The notes under the pieces: generated by a model
Database searches by the model: none
What the model was told of the DNA's origin: nothing
What the model saw: only the letters and a program-made list of their open reading frames with translations
Position numbers and translations under genes: made by a program
IMG/VR virus record: IMGVR_UViG_3300049182_000044
Coordinates: 192,001-256,000 of that record
DNA: 64,000 nt
Source: a virus
Lineage: Duplodnaviria; Caudoviricetes
Strand: one strand, 5' to 3'
In this document: positions 37,424 to 46,141 of the stretch, in pieces
Layout of the letters: the number at the start of each line of letters is the position of its first letter
How positions within the stretch are numbered: the first letter of the stretch is position 1

Positions 37424-39007
37424 CTACGCCTTATGTGCTGCAATGGCGGATTTAACGAGGATCTTCAATTCCTGTTCGTTCATGACCCTGCGGAAGGATC
37501 TGCGAAACTTCATATCGACATCTACGAACTCTTCATTGTGCCCGGATACCAGCAAATGCGAATTTTCGTGAATCGCCAGGTCGAGTAAGTCGCCGACCAA
37601 AAACGATTTATCGAAGCTTTGCGGGTTACACAGCACGAGAATATCCGAGCCGTCGCTGCTTTGTTTTACATTTAATCCCTCCGTCTCCTTTGCAAACACA
37701 AAACCTGTGACAATGCGCTTACCGTGTCGGTAGAACGCTCCCTTTTCAAAATCAATGTCAGCAACTGACTGGCCTGGACCGAACTTGTCCAGCACCACGC
37801 CGTTGTCGAACACCCACTGACAGCCGCACTGCTTACCGAACTCGCTAAACAGTGTTCCGTACACCGCTACCTTCCATGCGAAAGCCAGCGACTGAACCCA
37901 ACCCTTGCGCAATGTGCTGAGAACCTGTGCGACGCTAACCGTGCCGTCTTCGCGATCCTTACCGCCACGCCCAACGGTGTTCTGAATACGAAGGTTGAAA
38001 TTTTTCGGAAATGCGTCGTTCACCATGTAACGCAATTCCTCCTCCAGCGTTTCGTACTTGCCGCCTGCGATACCCAGGCCTTGCTCACCGTTACTTGCAG
38101 TTTCACGCTTTTCACTATCCAGAACTAAGGGTGCTGTGAAATTCAGCGTGATGTCTACGGTCGTGCCGCGCTTGAACGTGTGCCGATCATCAACCATCTT
38201 CTGAATCAGCTGGTTCAAATGATTGGCGTACATGCCGCGCAATGCATCCCGATTCGATGTGAGGATCTCGCGGGTATCACCTTCGAGTTCCAGCACGCCG
38301 ACAAAACCCGTCGAACCTGTTCCGTACACGCGCTGCACGAACATCGGCAACCCGCGTACTGACACGATCACGTTTGACGTACCGCCCTGAGTCTCCTTGA
38401 ATGAAAACATGCCCAGCGATGTAGGCACCGCGTACTCGAAGTCCTCGAACTGCGCTTTCAACTCCACGCCGTTCACCGTAATCATGCATGAACGCTGCAG
38501 CGCCATGAACGATGCGAAGCGATGCAACCTTGAGATCCATTCTTCGACCGTCCAGCCCTCGAGATCGAGTTCGACGACTGACGTTGTTCCTTCCTTCCAC
38601 TGCTTGCAATGAGTGATAGTGTAATCACCGCCATTGCCCTCGACCAACTGGTCTTGTGTGCGAATGCGATACGAACGGTGCGCGAAATACAGCAGCACCT
38701 TTGCGTAACCAAACCCGCCGATACCGCCTTCGGGTTTGTATGAACCGCCCATGCTCAAGAGCTTGTTCACCAAAACGTCTTCCGTCATGCCTGCGCCATT
38801 GTCGCTGCACTCGATGTAAATCGTGCCGCGATTTTCGATCAGGCCGATCTCGAAGTCGATACGACTGGCCTTCGCGTCGTAGCTGTTTTGGATCAGCTCT
38901 CGAAACAATGCCCAACGCCAGTCGCTGTACTCAAGCTTCGACTTGGCGAAGTATTCGTTGGGTAATGCAACCTTACCAGCGCGTGTGATTTCGTTAATTG
39001 CGTTCAT
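37424..39007 (-). CDS. GHKL (HSP90/MutL-like) ATPase with C-terminal HExxH
   Basis: RELIQNSYDA, DNGAGM, GGIGGFG; AIHENSHLL; start MNAINE with SD GGAGG. Confidence 0.75.
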   Translation of the reverse strand: MNAINEITRAGKVALPNEYFAKSKLEYSDWRWALFRELIQNSYDAKASRIDFEIGLIENRGTIYIECSDNGAGMTEDVLVNKLLSMGGSYKPEGGIGGFGYAKVLLYFAHRSYRIRTQDQLVEGNGGDYTITHCKQWKEGTTSVVELDLEGWTVEEWISRLHRFASFMALQRSCMITVNGVELKAQFEDFEYAVPTSLGMFSFKETQGGTSNVIVSVRGLPMFVQRVYGTGSTGFVGVLELEGDTREILTSNRDALRGMYANHLNQLIQKMVDDRHTFKRGTTVDITLNFTAPLVLDSEKRETASNGEQGLGIAGGKYETLEEELRYMVNDAFPKNFNLRIQNTVGRGGKDREDGTVSVAQVLSTLRKGWVQSLAFAWKVAVYGTLFSEFGKQCGCQWVFDNGVVLDKFGPGQSVADIDFEKGAFYRHGKRIVTGFVFAKETEGLNVKQSSDGSDILVLCNPQSFDKSFLVGDLLDLAIHENSHLLVSGHNEEFVDVDMKFRRSFRRVMNEQELKILVKSAIAAHKA

Positions 39008-39021
39008 GTCTGCCTCCCCGA

Positions 39022-39162
39022 TTAAGTGCGACGAAGAACGTAAGCCACAGTAACGCAATAGCGTTTCTTCCCATGCTTGCGAACCCAGTGACGGCACAGG
39101 TCCGCCGAACCTTGCTTCATGACCTTGCCGTAGAACGTATCGAGTGCGACGAATGTTTTCAT
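39022..39162 (-). CDS. Small basic protein (46 aa), not in ORF track
   Basis: SD GAGG; MKTFVALDTFYGKVMKQGSADLCRHWVRKHGKKRYCVTVAYVLRRT. Confidence 0.5.
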   Translation of the reverse strand: MKTFVALDTFYGKVMKQGSADLCRHWVRKHGKKRYCVTVAYVLRRT

Positions 39163-39213
39163 AATGACCTCAACTGTTGGGTGAATTTCCTACAGGCGAA
39201 TTTCAAACTACAA

Positions 39214-39231
39214 GCGGAGCCGAAGCTCCGC
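39214..39231 (-). terminator. UUCG hairpin in early leader
   Basis: GCGGAGC-TTCG-GCTCCGC. Confidence 0.5.
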
Positions 39232-39325
39232 CCAAATGGACAACATACATAGGTATTCATTGAAATTCCCTACCTTTGAACCTAATGGTTCTGCGAATCA
39301 TGCAGTGCAGATCCCCTACGTCTAC

Positions 39326-39354
39326 ATTATAACATGAAAAATCGGAAACGTCAA
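39326..39354 (-). promoter_or_regulatory. sigma70 promoter
   Basis: TTGACG-17 bp-TATAAT. Confidence 0.85.
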
Positions 39355-39472
39355 CGAATACGGGGTCACGTGACCTGCAACCCCGTATGGCGCTTCAATG
39401 ACAGGTTTGAAGTTTTATCACTTCATTATACCGATTCCCTTTATGGTACCTGCCACCCTAATGCATTAGTAC

Positions 39473-40048
39473 TTAATGGTGATGCCGCACTTTTGCAGAA
39501 GGCTGTTTCAACGTCAAGCTGTGCTTCGACACCTTGCAGGAGCGACGATGCTCCGTTAAGGTCTCTAGTGCCGATGACGCAGGTTTTCTGCTTCGGCTAC
39601 GAGAAGTAACAGACATTTCGTTCTGTTCCTTCAAGGGCTTTTCGCCCGGGATCGAAGTGGTCATCTCACTCGCCATTTCAAAGTCTCCCCAGGTTTCATC
39701 CGCCTCGTTCAGGATTTCCATCCCTTCGCAATCGAAGACGAAGCCTTCCTCGACCTTCTTGGCAACCGCCTTCGACAGCCTTTGCAGGACGTCGGAGATG
39801 TTATTGCAAACAGTCTCGGAGTTCTTCACGTTCAACGGCGTTGAGCGAGAATGAGTGAATGTCACTCGAGTGAGTAGGTACTGCTTAGTCTTGATGACGT
39901 ATTCAGCATGAATGATGCATTTTGCTGAAGTGGTTTCGGAAATGGCACGTTTAAGAAATGCCACTCCCAGGCTGATGCGGGTATTTGCGTACATGAGGAA
40001 CTCCAGGTTCAGATGTGCGCGACCCATCCCGAGGCTCCGGTCGCGCAT
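39473..40048 (-). CDS. Hypothetical protein (start uncertain)
   Basis: 191 aa; weak SD; central AVAKKVEEGF segment is WGR-like. Confidence 0.45.
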   Translation of the reverse strand: MRDRSLGMGRAHLNLEFLMYANTRISLGVAFLKRAISETTSAKCIIHAEYVIKTKQYLLTRVTFTHSRSTPLNVKNSETVCNNISDVLQRLSKAVAKKVEEGFVFDCEGMEILNEADETWGDFEMASEMTTSIPGEKPLKEQNEMSVTSRSRSRKPASSALETLTEHRRSCKVSKHSLTLKQPSAKVRHHH

Positions 40049-40094
40049 GGACTTTTACGATGATTAACATTTTGTATTTTCTTCCTTAGTATAG

Positions 40095-40380
40095 ATACTA
40101 TCGGCTACCGCCACATCGGGGCATCGACCGCTCGGTCGCCATACCCGTGGGCTCTAGCAGTAACGGATTGTACCAACGGCTGGTTCACATCCCGTAATGA
40201 GCAATAGAGGGGATGCCGATCCTTAGTCAGTGAACGCCAGTCTTCTTCGTTATAGTCTCCAAGAGAAACGAATAGCGTTAGCTCTTTTCATCAATGACTT
40301 ACTTCCAGTTCAGTAAACCGCCGCCTCGTACTGAACCTTCGTGCTGCAATCTTTAGATCGTCTTATTCGATATGGCCTCC
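40095..40380 (-). ncRNA. Candidate structured non-coding RNA
   Basis: About 300 nt with no credible ORF and four or more stems; upstream AACCGTAAA motif; no family recognised. Confidence 0.4.
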
Positions 40381-40405
40381 CTTTCTTTACGGTTAATGGG
40401 TTGAC

Positions 40406-40939
40406 TTACTTCTTCTTGCGTTTGGCCGGCTTCACCTCCTTAGGTTTGGCCGGTTTGATACGAGCGGCGTAGCGGAACTTACCGCGCACCATGAGCTTCA
40501 AGCTAAAGCTATCGAGGAACTCAGGAGTAAGCCCTGTCTCGCTGTACACGCGAGTAATCCTGAAGCCTGCCGCCACGCCCTTCTCGAAGGCGTTCAGCGT
40601 CAGCTTGCTCTTGTACCGATACTCGCCGTCCTTAGTCTTGTACTCAACGTCATACAAGGGCGCTTCGAGCTTGAAATACGGAGGTACGAGCCAGCGTGTG
40701 CCTAAAGCCTTCGCTTCAGGATGTTGAACGAAGCGCATTGCCTTGAACGACTCAGGCGGCGTTTCGTTCGTACCGACTTCAACGATGAAGTTCAACTGCG
40801 CCTTCACCAAGGTGCGAATGTTTTCGATTGAGTATTCAATACTCGCAATACCATCCTCCCTTGCTGGGCAGTATTGCTGCTCTTCGAGTTTCAGTACCCG
40901 ATCAATCTTGAGCAGGTTGTCAGTGATGTACAAGATCAT
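40406..40939 (-). CDS. Hypothetical protein, paralogue of 55767-56288
   Basis: MILYITDNLLK N-terminus shared. Confidence 0.7.
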   Translation of the reverse strand: MILYITDNLLKIDRVLKLEEQQYCPAREDGIASIEYSIENIRTLVKAQLNFIVEVGTNETPPESFKAMRFVQHPEAKALGTRWLVPPYFKLEAPLYDVEYKTKDGEYRYKSKLTLNAFEKGVAAGFRITRVYSETGLTPEFLDSFSLKLMVRGKFRYAARIKPAKPKEVKPAKRKKK

Positions 40940-40951
40940 GTTATTACTTTT

Positions 40952-41371
40952 CTAGTCAGTCGATTTGATCCTGCACACGCGAGGACCAGTCTTGCGGAAT
41001 GAAACAAACTTGCGCTGCTCAGACCGAACCATTAAGCGGTCGAGCTCCTTAAACGGGAACGTTACGTGCCTGAGGAAGGTCTCCTTCCCAAGCGCCTGCA
41101 TCAGGCCACGCATGTCCTTTACCTTGCGCACCAGGCAACGCGGGCTGAAATCAACCTCAAGACCATCACCGATGTACGCAACCTCTGAAGAATCCTCGTA
41201 GTAGTCGTTGGCGTGAACTTCCAACGAGGCCTTGAGGTCTTCAAATTCTTCCTTTAATGCACTGAGACGCTCAATCTCAGGCAGAAGCTCTTTCATTCTT
41301 TCGACTGCCTTCTCGACCACAACCTCGGGTCGTTTGGCGCGTTGCATTCGCTCTACCCATGACTTCTTCAT
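40952..41371 (-). CDS. Hypothetical protein
   Basis: 139 aa, SD GGGG. Confidence 0.65.
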   Translation of the reverse strand: MKKSWVERMQRAKRPEVVVEKAVERMKELLPEIERLSALKEEFEDLKASLEVHANDYYEDSSEVAYIGDGLEVDFSPRCLVRKVKDMRGLMQALGKETFLRHVTFPFKELDRLMVRSEQRKFVSFRKTGPRVCRIKSTD

Positions 41372-41392
41372 GATCGTCCCCTTGCGAATGAG

Positions 41393-41989
41393 TTAGGTTT
41401 TTGGTGCTGCAATGTCAGCGAGGACAATCGAGCGCGCCCCGTCCTTCAACCAGAAGCCGCGCCCCTCTTCAATCGGCTTCACGTAGTAGGCGAACTCAAA
41501 GTCCTGCGAGACGTCCTCGACATTGTGCAATTCAGGAATCGCATGGCGAAACGAACGCACAAATTCATTTCGCCACTGGTTCAGCGCAACCCGATGATCG
41601 CGTGTCACCATCGGTTGATGGTTGGCATCGACCGTCCACTGGCGCATCCAGCTATCAACGTGATCGCGGAACGCTGCGGTCTGACTAGGACGATCAAGGC
41701 GCACGATCTTCAACAAGCGAACGAACTGCAGACTGTTCGGATCGACGATCTGTATCCCTGCAGCTTCGGCAAAGTAATCGAGCGCGAAGTTGCGGTTGAC
41801 GAAGTACGAAGCCATCAAATCTCGAATCGTGGTTGCGAGGTCCGCAGCCGTATCGTCAGGTATACCGACTGCATCTGTCTTCAGTTCGCTGAAGTGAATC
41901 TTCGGGATTGCCTTCAAGTTTATCCCACGATTGAAGAAGGACAAATAACGCTGTGAGCCATCGAGCATGTTCAGGACGATGTGTTTCAT
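41393..41989 (-). CDS. Hypothetical protein
   Basis: 198 aa in-line ORF. Confidence 0.65.
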   Translation of the reverse strand: MKHIVLNMLDGSQRYLSFFNRGINLKAIPKIHFSELKTDAVGIPDDTAADLATTIRDLMASYFVNRNFALDYFAEAAGIQIVDPNSLQFVRLLKIVRLDRPSQTAAFRDHVDSWMRQWTVDANHQPMVTRDHRVALNQWRNEFVRSFRHAIPELHNVEDVSQDFEFAYYVKPIEEGRGFWLKDGARSIVLADIAAPKT

Positions 41990-42025
41990 GATTGTGCTTT
42001 CTTTTTCAAGGTTGTAGAGGTCTTG

Positions 42026-42346
42026 CTAGAAGTTGATGTAGTACGCCGACCGACGATTGAACGCATCGTACTCCAGCGTCAACTTGTTATACCTGTTACC
42101 GAAGCGGTTCTTGTCGAACACAGCGTCGATACGATCTGGAGTGATCTTGAATTCTGTCACCACTCCTTCAGCTGCCCAAATCGGCAGCTTCTCAGACAAC
42201 TTCTCATACAGTAGGTGAAACGATCCTACTGCAACACTGCACTCATACGCACCGCGCCCATTGTGCTGCGTAACACCGCGCACGTTCAGGTGCCGGCGAA
42301 TGAAGGGCACCAGCGGCGCCCTGTTTGCGATGGCTTGAACTGTCAT
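42026..42346 (-). CDS. Hypothetical protein
   Basis: 106 aa, SD AAGGAG. Confidence 0.65.
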   Translation of the reverse strand: MTVQAIANRAPLVPFIRRHLNVRGVTQHNGRGAYECSVAVGSFHLLYEKLSEKLPIWAAEGVVTEFKITPDRIDAVFDKNRFGNRYNKLTLEYDAFNRRSAYYINF

Positions 42347-42355
42347 GCGAACTCC

Positions 42356-42652
42356 TTAGTCGCACTTGTTGCAATGATTGAGTGGCGACACTCCGTGTGG
42401 ACAGCGCTGATCGCGTGTCTTGATTTCATCGACACGACGCAGCAAGTACTGGTGGTGCTGCCAGTGCGAGTACATCTGGCGCATCGCTGTAATGAGAGCG
42501 AGGAGAAACACCACGAACAGGAAGCCGTAAACCTTGTCGCCGGCCTGCCACTTCGCGTATGCAAGCGACCCCGTGATCGCGGTGAACGCGGAGGTCATAG
42601 TCACAGCGAAGCACGTAACCAAGAGGTCGAGGTCTTTGCGATTTGCTTTCAT
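42356..42652 (-). CDS. Small two-TM membrane protein
   Basis: Start MKANRK with SD AAGGAG; two hydrophobic segments. Confidence 0.6.
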   Translation of the reverse strand: MKANRKDLDLLVTCFAVTMTSAFTAITGSLAYAKWQAGDKVYGFLFVVFLLALITAMRQMYSHWQHHQYLLRRVDEIKTRDQRCPHGVSPLNHCNKCD

Positions 42653-42662
42653 GGTCATCTCC

Positions 42663-43322
42663 TTAGTAGCCATGATGAACGCGCATCCGGCGAATGACAG
42701 TTGCGCGATGATTCGGGTTGTACACATCGAGTGCCGGGTCGTCTGCCGCTGCGTCCTCGTCCTCGAGCTTGCGACGCTCAACACCGCGCTGCACACCTTC
42801 GGCGTACTTCGCATGATGCTCTGTACTGGCCTCGAAAATGTTATCGAGCTTGCCTGCGTAGCCCGCTTCAAAGCCGTCAACCTCAGCCTGCTGCAAGCTG
42901 TACGCCTTGGCTTCTTCTGCGTCCTGCTTCTGACGCTCTGCCCATTCCGCAGCGTAGTACTGCTCACGCGGGAAGCCTTTCGGTGTGCACCACCAGCCTT
43001 CAGTCGGGCCGTCCTGTTCCAGCCACTGCTCAACATCAACGAAGTCCGTGATCGGACGATTTTCGTCAACGTCGTACTCGAACACCGGAATCCATTCATG
43101 CGTGGTGTACAAGTAACGCCAGAACGTGTCCTTGAAACCCGGCACCGACAGCAGCTGATCGGCTGTCAGGTGCGACGTTTGAATCACCGTGCGCTTACCC
43201 TGGTACACGATTCCCAGGTGTGCCGAATCGTCGAGGTCGAGCACCTTTTCAACCTCATGCAGCGTGTACACATGACCGCGCTGGGGATAAACCTTTTGAA
43301 TCTGAACTTGAATAGCAGACAT
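42663..43322 (-). CDS. Hypothetical protein
   Basis: Start MSAIQV with SD AAGGAG. Confidence 0.65.
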   Translation of the reverse strand: MSAIQVQIQKVYPQRGHVYTLHEVEKVLDLDDSAHLGIVYQGKRTVIQTSHLTADQLLSVPGFKDTFWRYLYTTHEWIPVFEYDVDENRPITDFVDVEQWLEQDGPTEGWWCTPKGFPREQYYAAEWAERQKQDAEEAKAYSLQQAEVDGFEAGYAGKLDNIFEASTEHHAKYAEGVQRGVERRKLEDEDAAADDPALDVYNPNHRATVIRRMRVHHGY

Positions 43323-43377
43323 GCTGTTCTCCTTAACTGGTTGGTAAATTTCAAACAATGGGGCTTGCGCCCCGATT

Positions 43378-43824
43378 TCAGATGTGCGGCCGCTTCTTCT
43401 TGTCGAACTTGGCCTTCTTCACTTCTTCCTTGTCAACCTTCGGCTTCTTCTTGCCTTTGGCCTTCTTTTCCTTCTTGACCTTCTTCGGCGTGCCATCGTC
43501 GTCCGATGCTTTCGCCTTCTTCTTGTTCTTCTTCGGCTTGTCGCCGTCATCGCCCGAACCTTCGAGTTCATCAAGCGGCGTGATCTCGAAGTCTTCCTCC
43601 TCGCCTGGCTTCGGGATCAAGCCAGCCTCGCGGCCGAACTTGCGCAGCTTCTTGAAGAAGGCATAAAAATCTTCCGACGCGAGCGTGAAGCCCGATTTCG
43701 TCGGTAGCAGCTCGTCGTCATCACCGGTCTTGAACTCCCGAAGATTGACCAAGTCCTTGCCTTTGAACTCCTCGCGCTTACCTACGATTGCGGTGGACTT
43801 GTTTTTAGTGTGCTTGAATTGCAT
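43378..43824 (-). CDS. PC4/Sub1-like ssDNA-binding protein with Lys-rich tail
   Basis: EEFKGKDLVNLREF...LPTKSGFTL matches the PC4 core pattern F.G...vdiRe.....P.K.GisL. Confidence 0.75.
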   Translation of the reverse strand: MQFKHTKNKSTAIVGKREEFKGKDLVNLREFKTGDDDELLPTKSGFTLASEDFYAFFKKLRKFGREAGLIPKPGEEEDFEITPLDELEGSGDDGDKPKKNKKKAKASDDDGTPKKVKKEKKAKGKKKPKVDKEEVKKAKFDKKKRPHI

Positions 43825-43932
43825 GTAGTACCCCTTATCGTGAACCTGCGATTGATCGAATCGCCACGTTTTGTCCGATTGCGCAAACCTGATGGTTCTG
43901 TGAATCGCGCAGTGCAGATCCCCTACGTCTAC

Positions 43933-43961
43933 ATTATAACATAGATTCTGCGTTTTGTCAA
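43933..43961 (-). promoter_or_regulatory. sigma70 promoter
   Basis: TTGACA-17 bp-TATAAT perfect consensus. Confidence 0.9.
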
Positions 43962-44017
43962 TAAATCAACCCCTGACGGTCTAGGCTGCCAAAACCGTCA
44001 GGTTTGCAGAATCCGCG

Positions 44018-44317
44018 TCATACGTGGAAAGGCTCCGTATTGCGAATACGGTCGTACTCGAATCCGATCAACTTCGGCTGCGTAACGAGTGAGCATTTGA
44101 TCTCTGCGTCAGCGTACAGGTCTTCCGGCAGCTTGAAGGGTATATCCTTTTGGCGCCGATGGTGGCCGATGAAATTGTCGAGGCAGTCTTCGAGTCGGGC
44201 CTTCGTCGCCTTGATCGCATCAACGTCAGTCGATGCTAACGATAGTGTATGACACTTGATGTTGCGACGAGGTATGTTGATCGAGACTTCAAATAGATGC
44301 AAATGCATAGCAGACAT
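44018..44317 (-). CDS. Hypothetical protein
   Basis: 99 aa, SD AAAGGA. Confidence 0.6.
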   Translation of the reverse strand: MSAMHLHLFEVSINIPRRNIKCHTLSLASTDVDAIKATKARLEDCLDNFIGHHRRQKDIPFKLPEDLYADAEIKCSLVTQPKLIGFEYDRIRNTEPFHV

Positions 44318-44329
44318 GGCAGTTCCTTT

Positions 44330-44569
44330 CTATTTTATACTGCGGCCTACGTGCTTGCGCTTCTTCGCCTTTGCTGCACGGCGTTCGTCACGCGACATAA
44401 AATCGGCTGGGCCTAACGGCTCAGTCTTCGGTTTCGGTTTAACCTCCACTCGCTCTACGTTCTGTCCTGCGATTGCGAGTGCTGCCATTTGCAGCATCAA
44501 GCTTTTAGACAAGGACGAGCGCATAGATCCAGCGCCGATAACGATGGTCTTTTTCTTTTCGTCAGTCAT
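44330..44569 (-). CDS. Hypothetical protein
   Basis: 79 aa. Confidence 0.55.
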   Translation of the reverse strand: MTDEKKKTIVIGAGSMRSSLSKSLMLQMAALAIAGQNVERVEVKPKPKTEPLGPADFMSRDERRAAKAKKRKHVGRSIK

Positions 44570-44853
44570 GTTGGGAGTACGGGTTGTTTGAAGGTGCGGG
44601 TGATCTGCGTTGGGGTTTCGCCTTGTACGTCGATGCGGAGATCAGTCATGCGGCAGACGCGGAGAACACAGCACGGGCCGACATTGACCCAGAGTACACC
44701 ACGTTCATCGGTAATGATTTCAACCGTGTGACCCGGTGCCGTAATGTCGGTGTGGCAGTCCATCAATTGTTCGTCAGATGGACGTAGTAGATGATTTTGT
44801 GGCATGTGATGTCCTTTCGGAATCAAGAATGTAGGCTGCGGCCTAAAATGCAA
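44566..44853 (-). CDS. Hypothetical protein (start may be MPQNH)
   Basis: LWVNVGPCCVLR segment; SD AAAGGA before the internal ATG. Confidence 0.55.
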   Translation of the reverse strand: MHFRPQPTFLIPKGHHMPQNHLLRPSDEQLMDCHTDITAPGHTVEIITDERGVLWVNVGPCCVLRVCRMTDLRIDVQGETPTQITRTFKQPVLPT

Positions 44854-44918
44854 TGCACAGTTCGTATGTCTTACAGTTTTACGTCCTGTGCATGTTCTTT
44901 ACAATTTTGCAGAAACCG

Positions 44919-45209
44919 TCAGATTGTGGGTTTCTTCGAGATCAAAGGGTTGGGAGAATCACCGCGTTCCCTCAGCTTTCGTATTCGGGTGTTCTGTTGA
45001 ATCAGCATCTTACGCATATTGGCAACAGCCTCGTTGAAGGCTTTTTCAGCGTTATCGACGCGCTTACCAACACCGCTCTCTTCCAGCCAACCCCACGTCT
45101 TAGCTGAGACAATCAGGTCTTCGAGAACGGCTTCTTGCTTTTTCGAGAGCTTATCAATTGAGCGACGCACCTTGACCTTCGTTTCAGTGCGCGTGATCTT
45201 TGTAGTCAT
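44919..45209 (-). CDS. Hypothetical protein
   Basis: 96 aa, ATGA overlap. Confidence 0.6.
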   Translation of the reverse strand: MTTKITRTETKVKVRRSIDKLSKKQEAVLEDLIVSAKTWGWLEESGVGKRVDNAEKAFNEAVANMRKMLIQQNTRIRKLRERGDSPNPLISKKPTI

Positions 45210-45565
45210 TTCTTTTCTTTCTCTCTGAGTGTGTTTGCAGCTTCGGTGATGAAAGTCTGGAACGCAAGCGATGGTCGCACGTTATGCTCTTTAACGTAAT
45301 GTGCGAATCCACATGGCCACATCCACTTCATGCTGAACATGCGGATCGAAAACTCCGCACTACCGTTCTTCTTTTCGCATACGCGACACGTAGACCAACC
45401 GCGATAGAGATTTCTCCGAGCGCGGCTCTCAACTTTGGTGAGAGCCTTGAGAAATTCCTTCTTGCCAGTCCAGGCACGCTCAAGCGATATAGGCTTCGGC
45501 AATCCCTTTTCATAGCCGCCGTGCCAAAAGCCCTCGCGTAGTACAAGTTCTTTTTGCGCGATCAT
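45206..45565 (-). CDS. Hypothetical phage protein (CxxC...HY..EH)
   Basis: YRGWSTCRVC...WPCGFAHYVKEH. Confidence 0.65.
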   Translation of the reverse strand: MIAQKELVLREGFWHGGYEKGLPKPISLERAWTGKKEFLKALTKVESRARRNLYRGWSTCRVCEKKNGSAEFSIRMFSMKWMWPCGFAHYVKEHNVRPSLAFQTFITEAANTLREKEKK

Positions 45566-46131
45566 CAGAACCTCCTCATTCGTGCGCGAAAGGCTTTCAT
45601 CGGCGTGTGATAGTCAACAGCACGACGATCCTGTTTAGGCGTTGCAGTTCCTTCTCCATCTGCTTGCGACTGCGTGTCGCCCGCCGTTTGAACTCCGTCG
45701 TTACTTGCGCGTCGTTCCCCTCGGCTGCCTGCCAACCCCATACCTGTTGAGCTTCCTCGAACTCGTCGAGCAGGCTTTGCTGTTTCCTCGTCAGGTGTCC
45801 ATGTTTGTTCCCAGCCATGTTGGAGCTCCTGTGCGTACAAAAGAATCCCCAATTCAGTTGGCTCCCAGACGTTCTCGAATACGAACTTGTTCTTCTCATA
45901 GGTTGATTGAACATGCACACGCTTCTTATTCAACCACCCCTTCTTGACCATGCGGCTCAGGATGCCGCCGACCACCATGTCCTTTTTCGAGTCGGACTTG
46001 ATTCGCATACTCTGCCGTCCCCAATACGAGCCGTTGATAACGCGGTACGGGTATTCATGAAGCCTATCGAAGACCATAAGTATGTCCATGATCTTCTTTT
46101 CAGCAGGCGTCATCACAAAATGCTTGGCCAT
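45565..46131 (-). CDS. Hypothetical protein
   Basis: 188 aa, SD AAGGGAGG. Confidence 0.65.
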   Translation of the reverse strand: MAKHFVMTPAEKKIMDILMVFDRLHEYPYRVINGSYWGRQSMRIKSDSKKDMVVGGILSRMVKKGWLNKKRVHVQSTYEKNKFVFENVWEPTELGILLYAQELQHGWEQTWTPDEETAKPARRVRGSSTGMGLAGSRGERRASNDGVQTAGDTQSQADGEGTATPKQDRRAVDYHTPMKAFRARMRRF

Positions 46132-46141
46132 ATGGCCTCCC

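Noticed and set aside
39361-39385. CGGGGT…ACCCCG inverted repeat with inner GGTCACGTGACC palindrome upstream of the 39.3 kb promoter
   Set aside because: Single occurrence that does not match the AACC-N4-GGTT dyad; probably a terminator-type hairpin
40095-40380. tmRNA or group I intron
   Set aside because: Short resemblances (ACTGACTAAG, GAGACTATA) exist, but there is no tRNA-like acceptor/TPsiC end, no tag ORF, no P7 partner TAGTC and no interrupted gene
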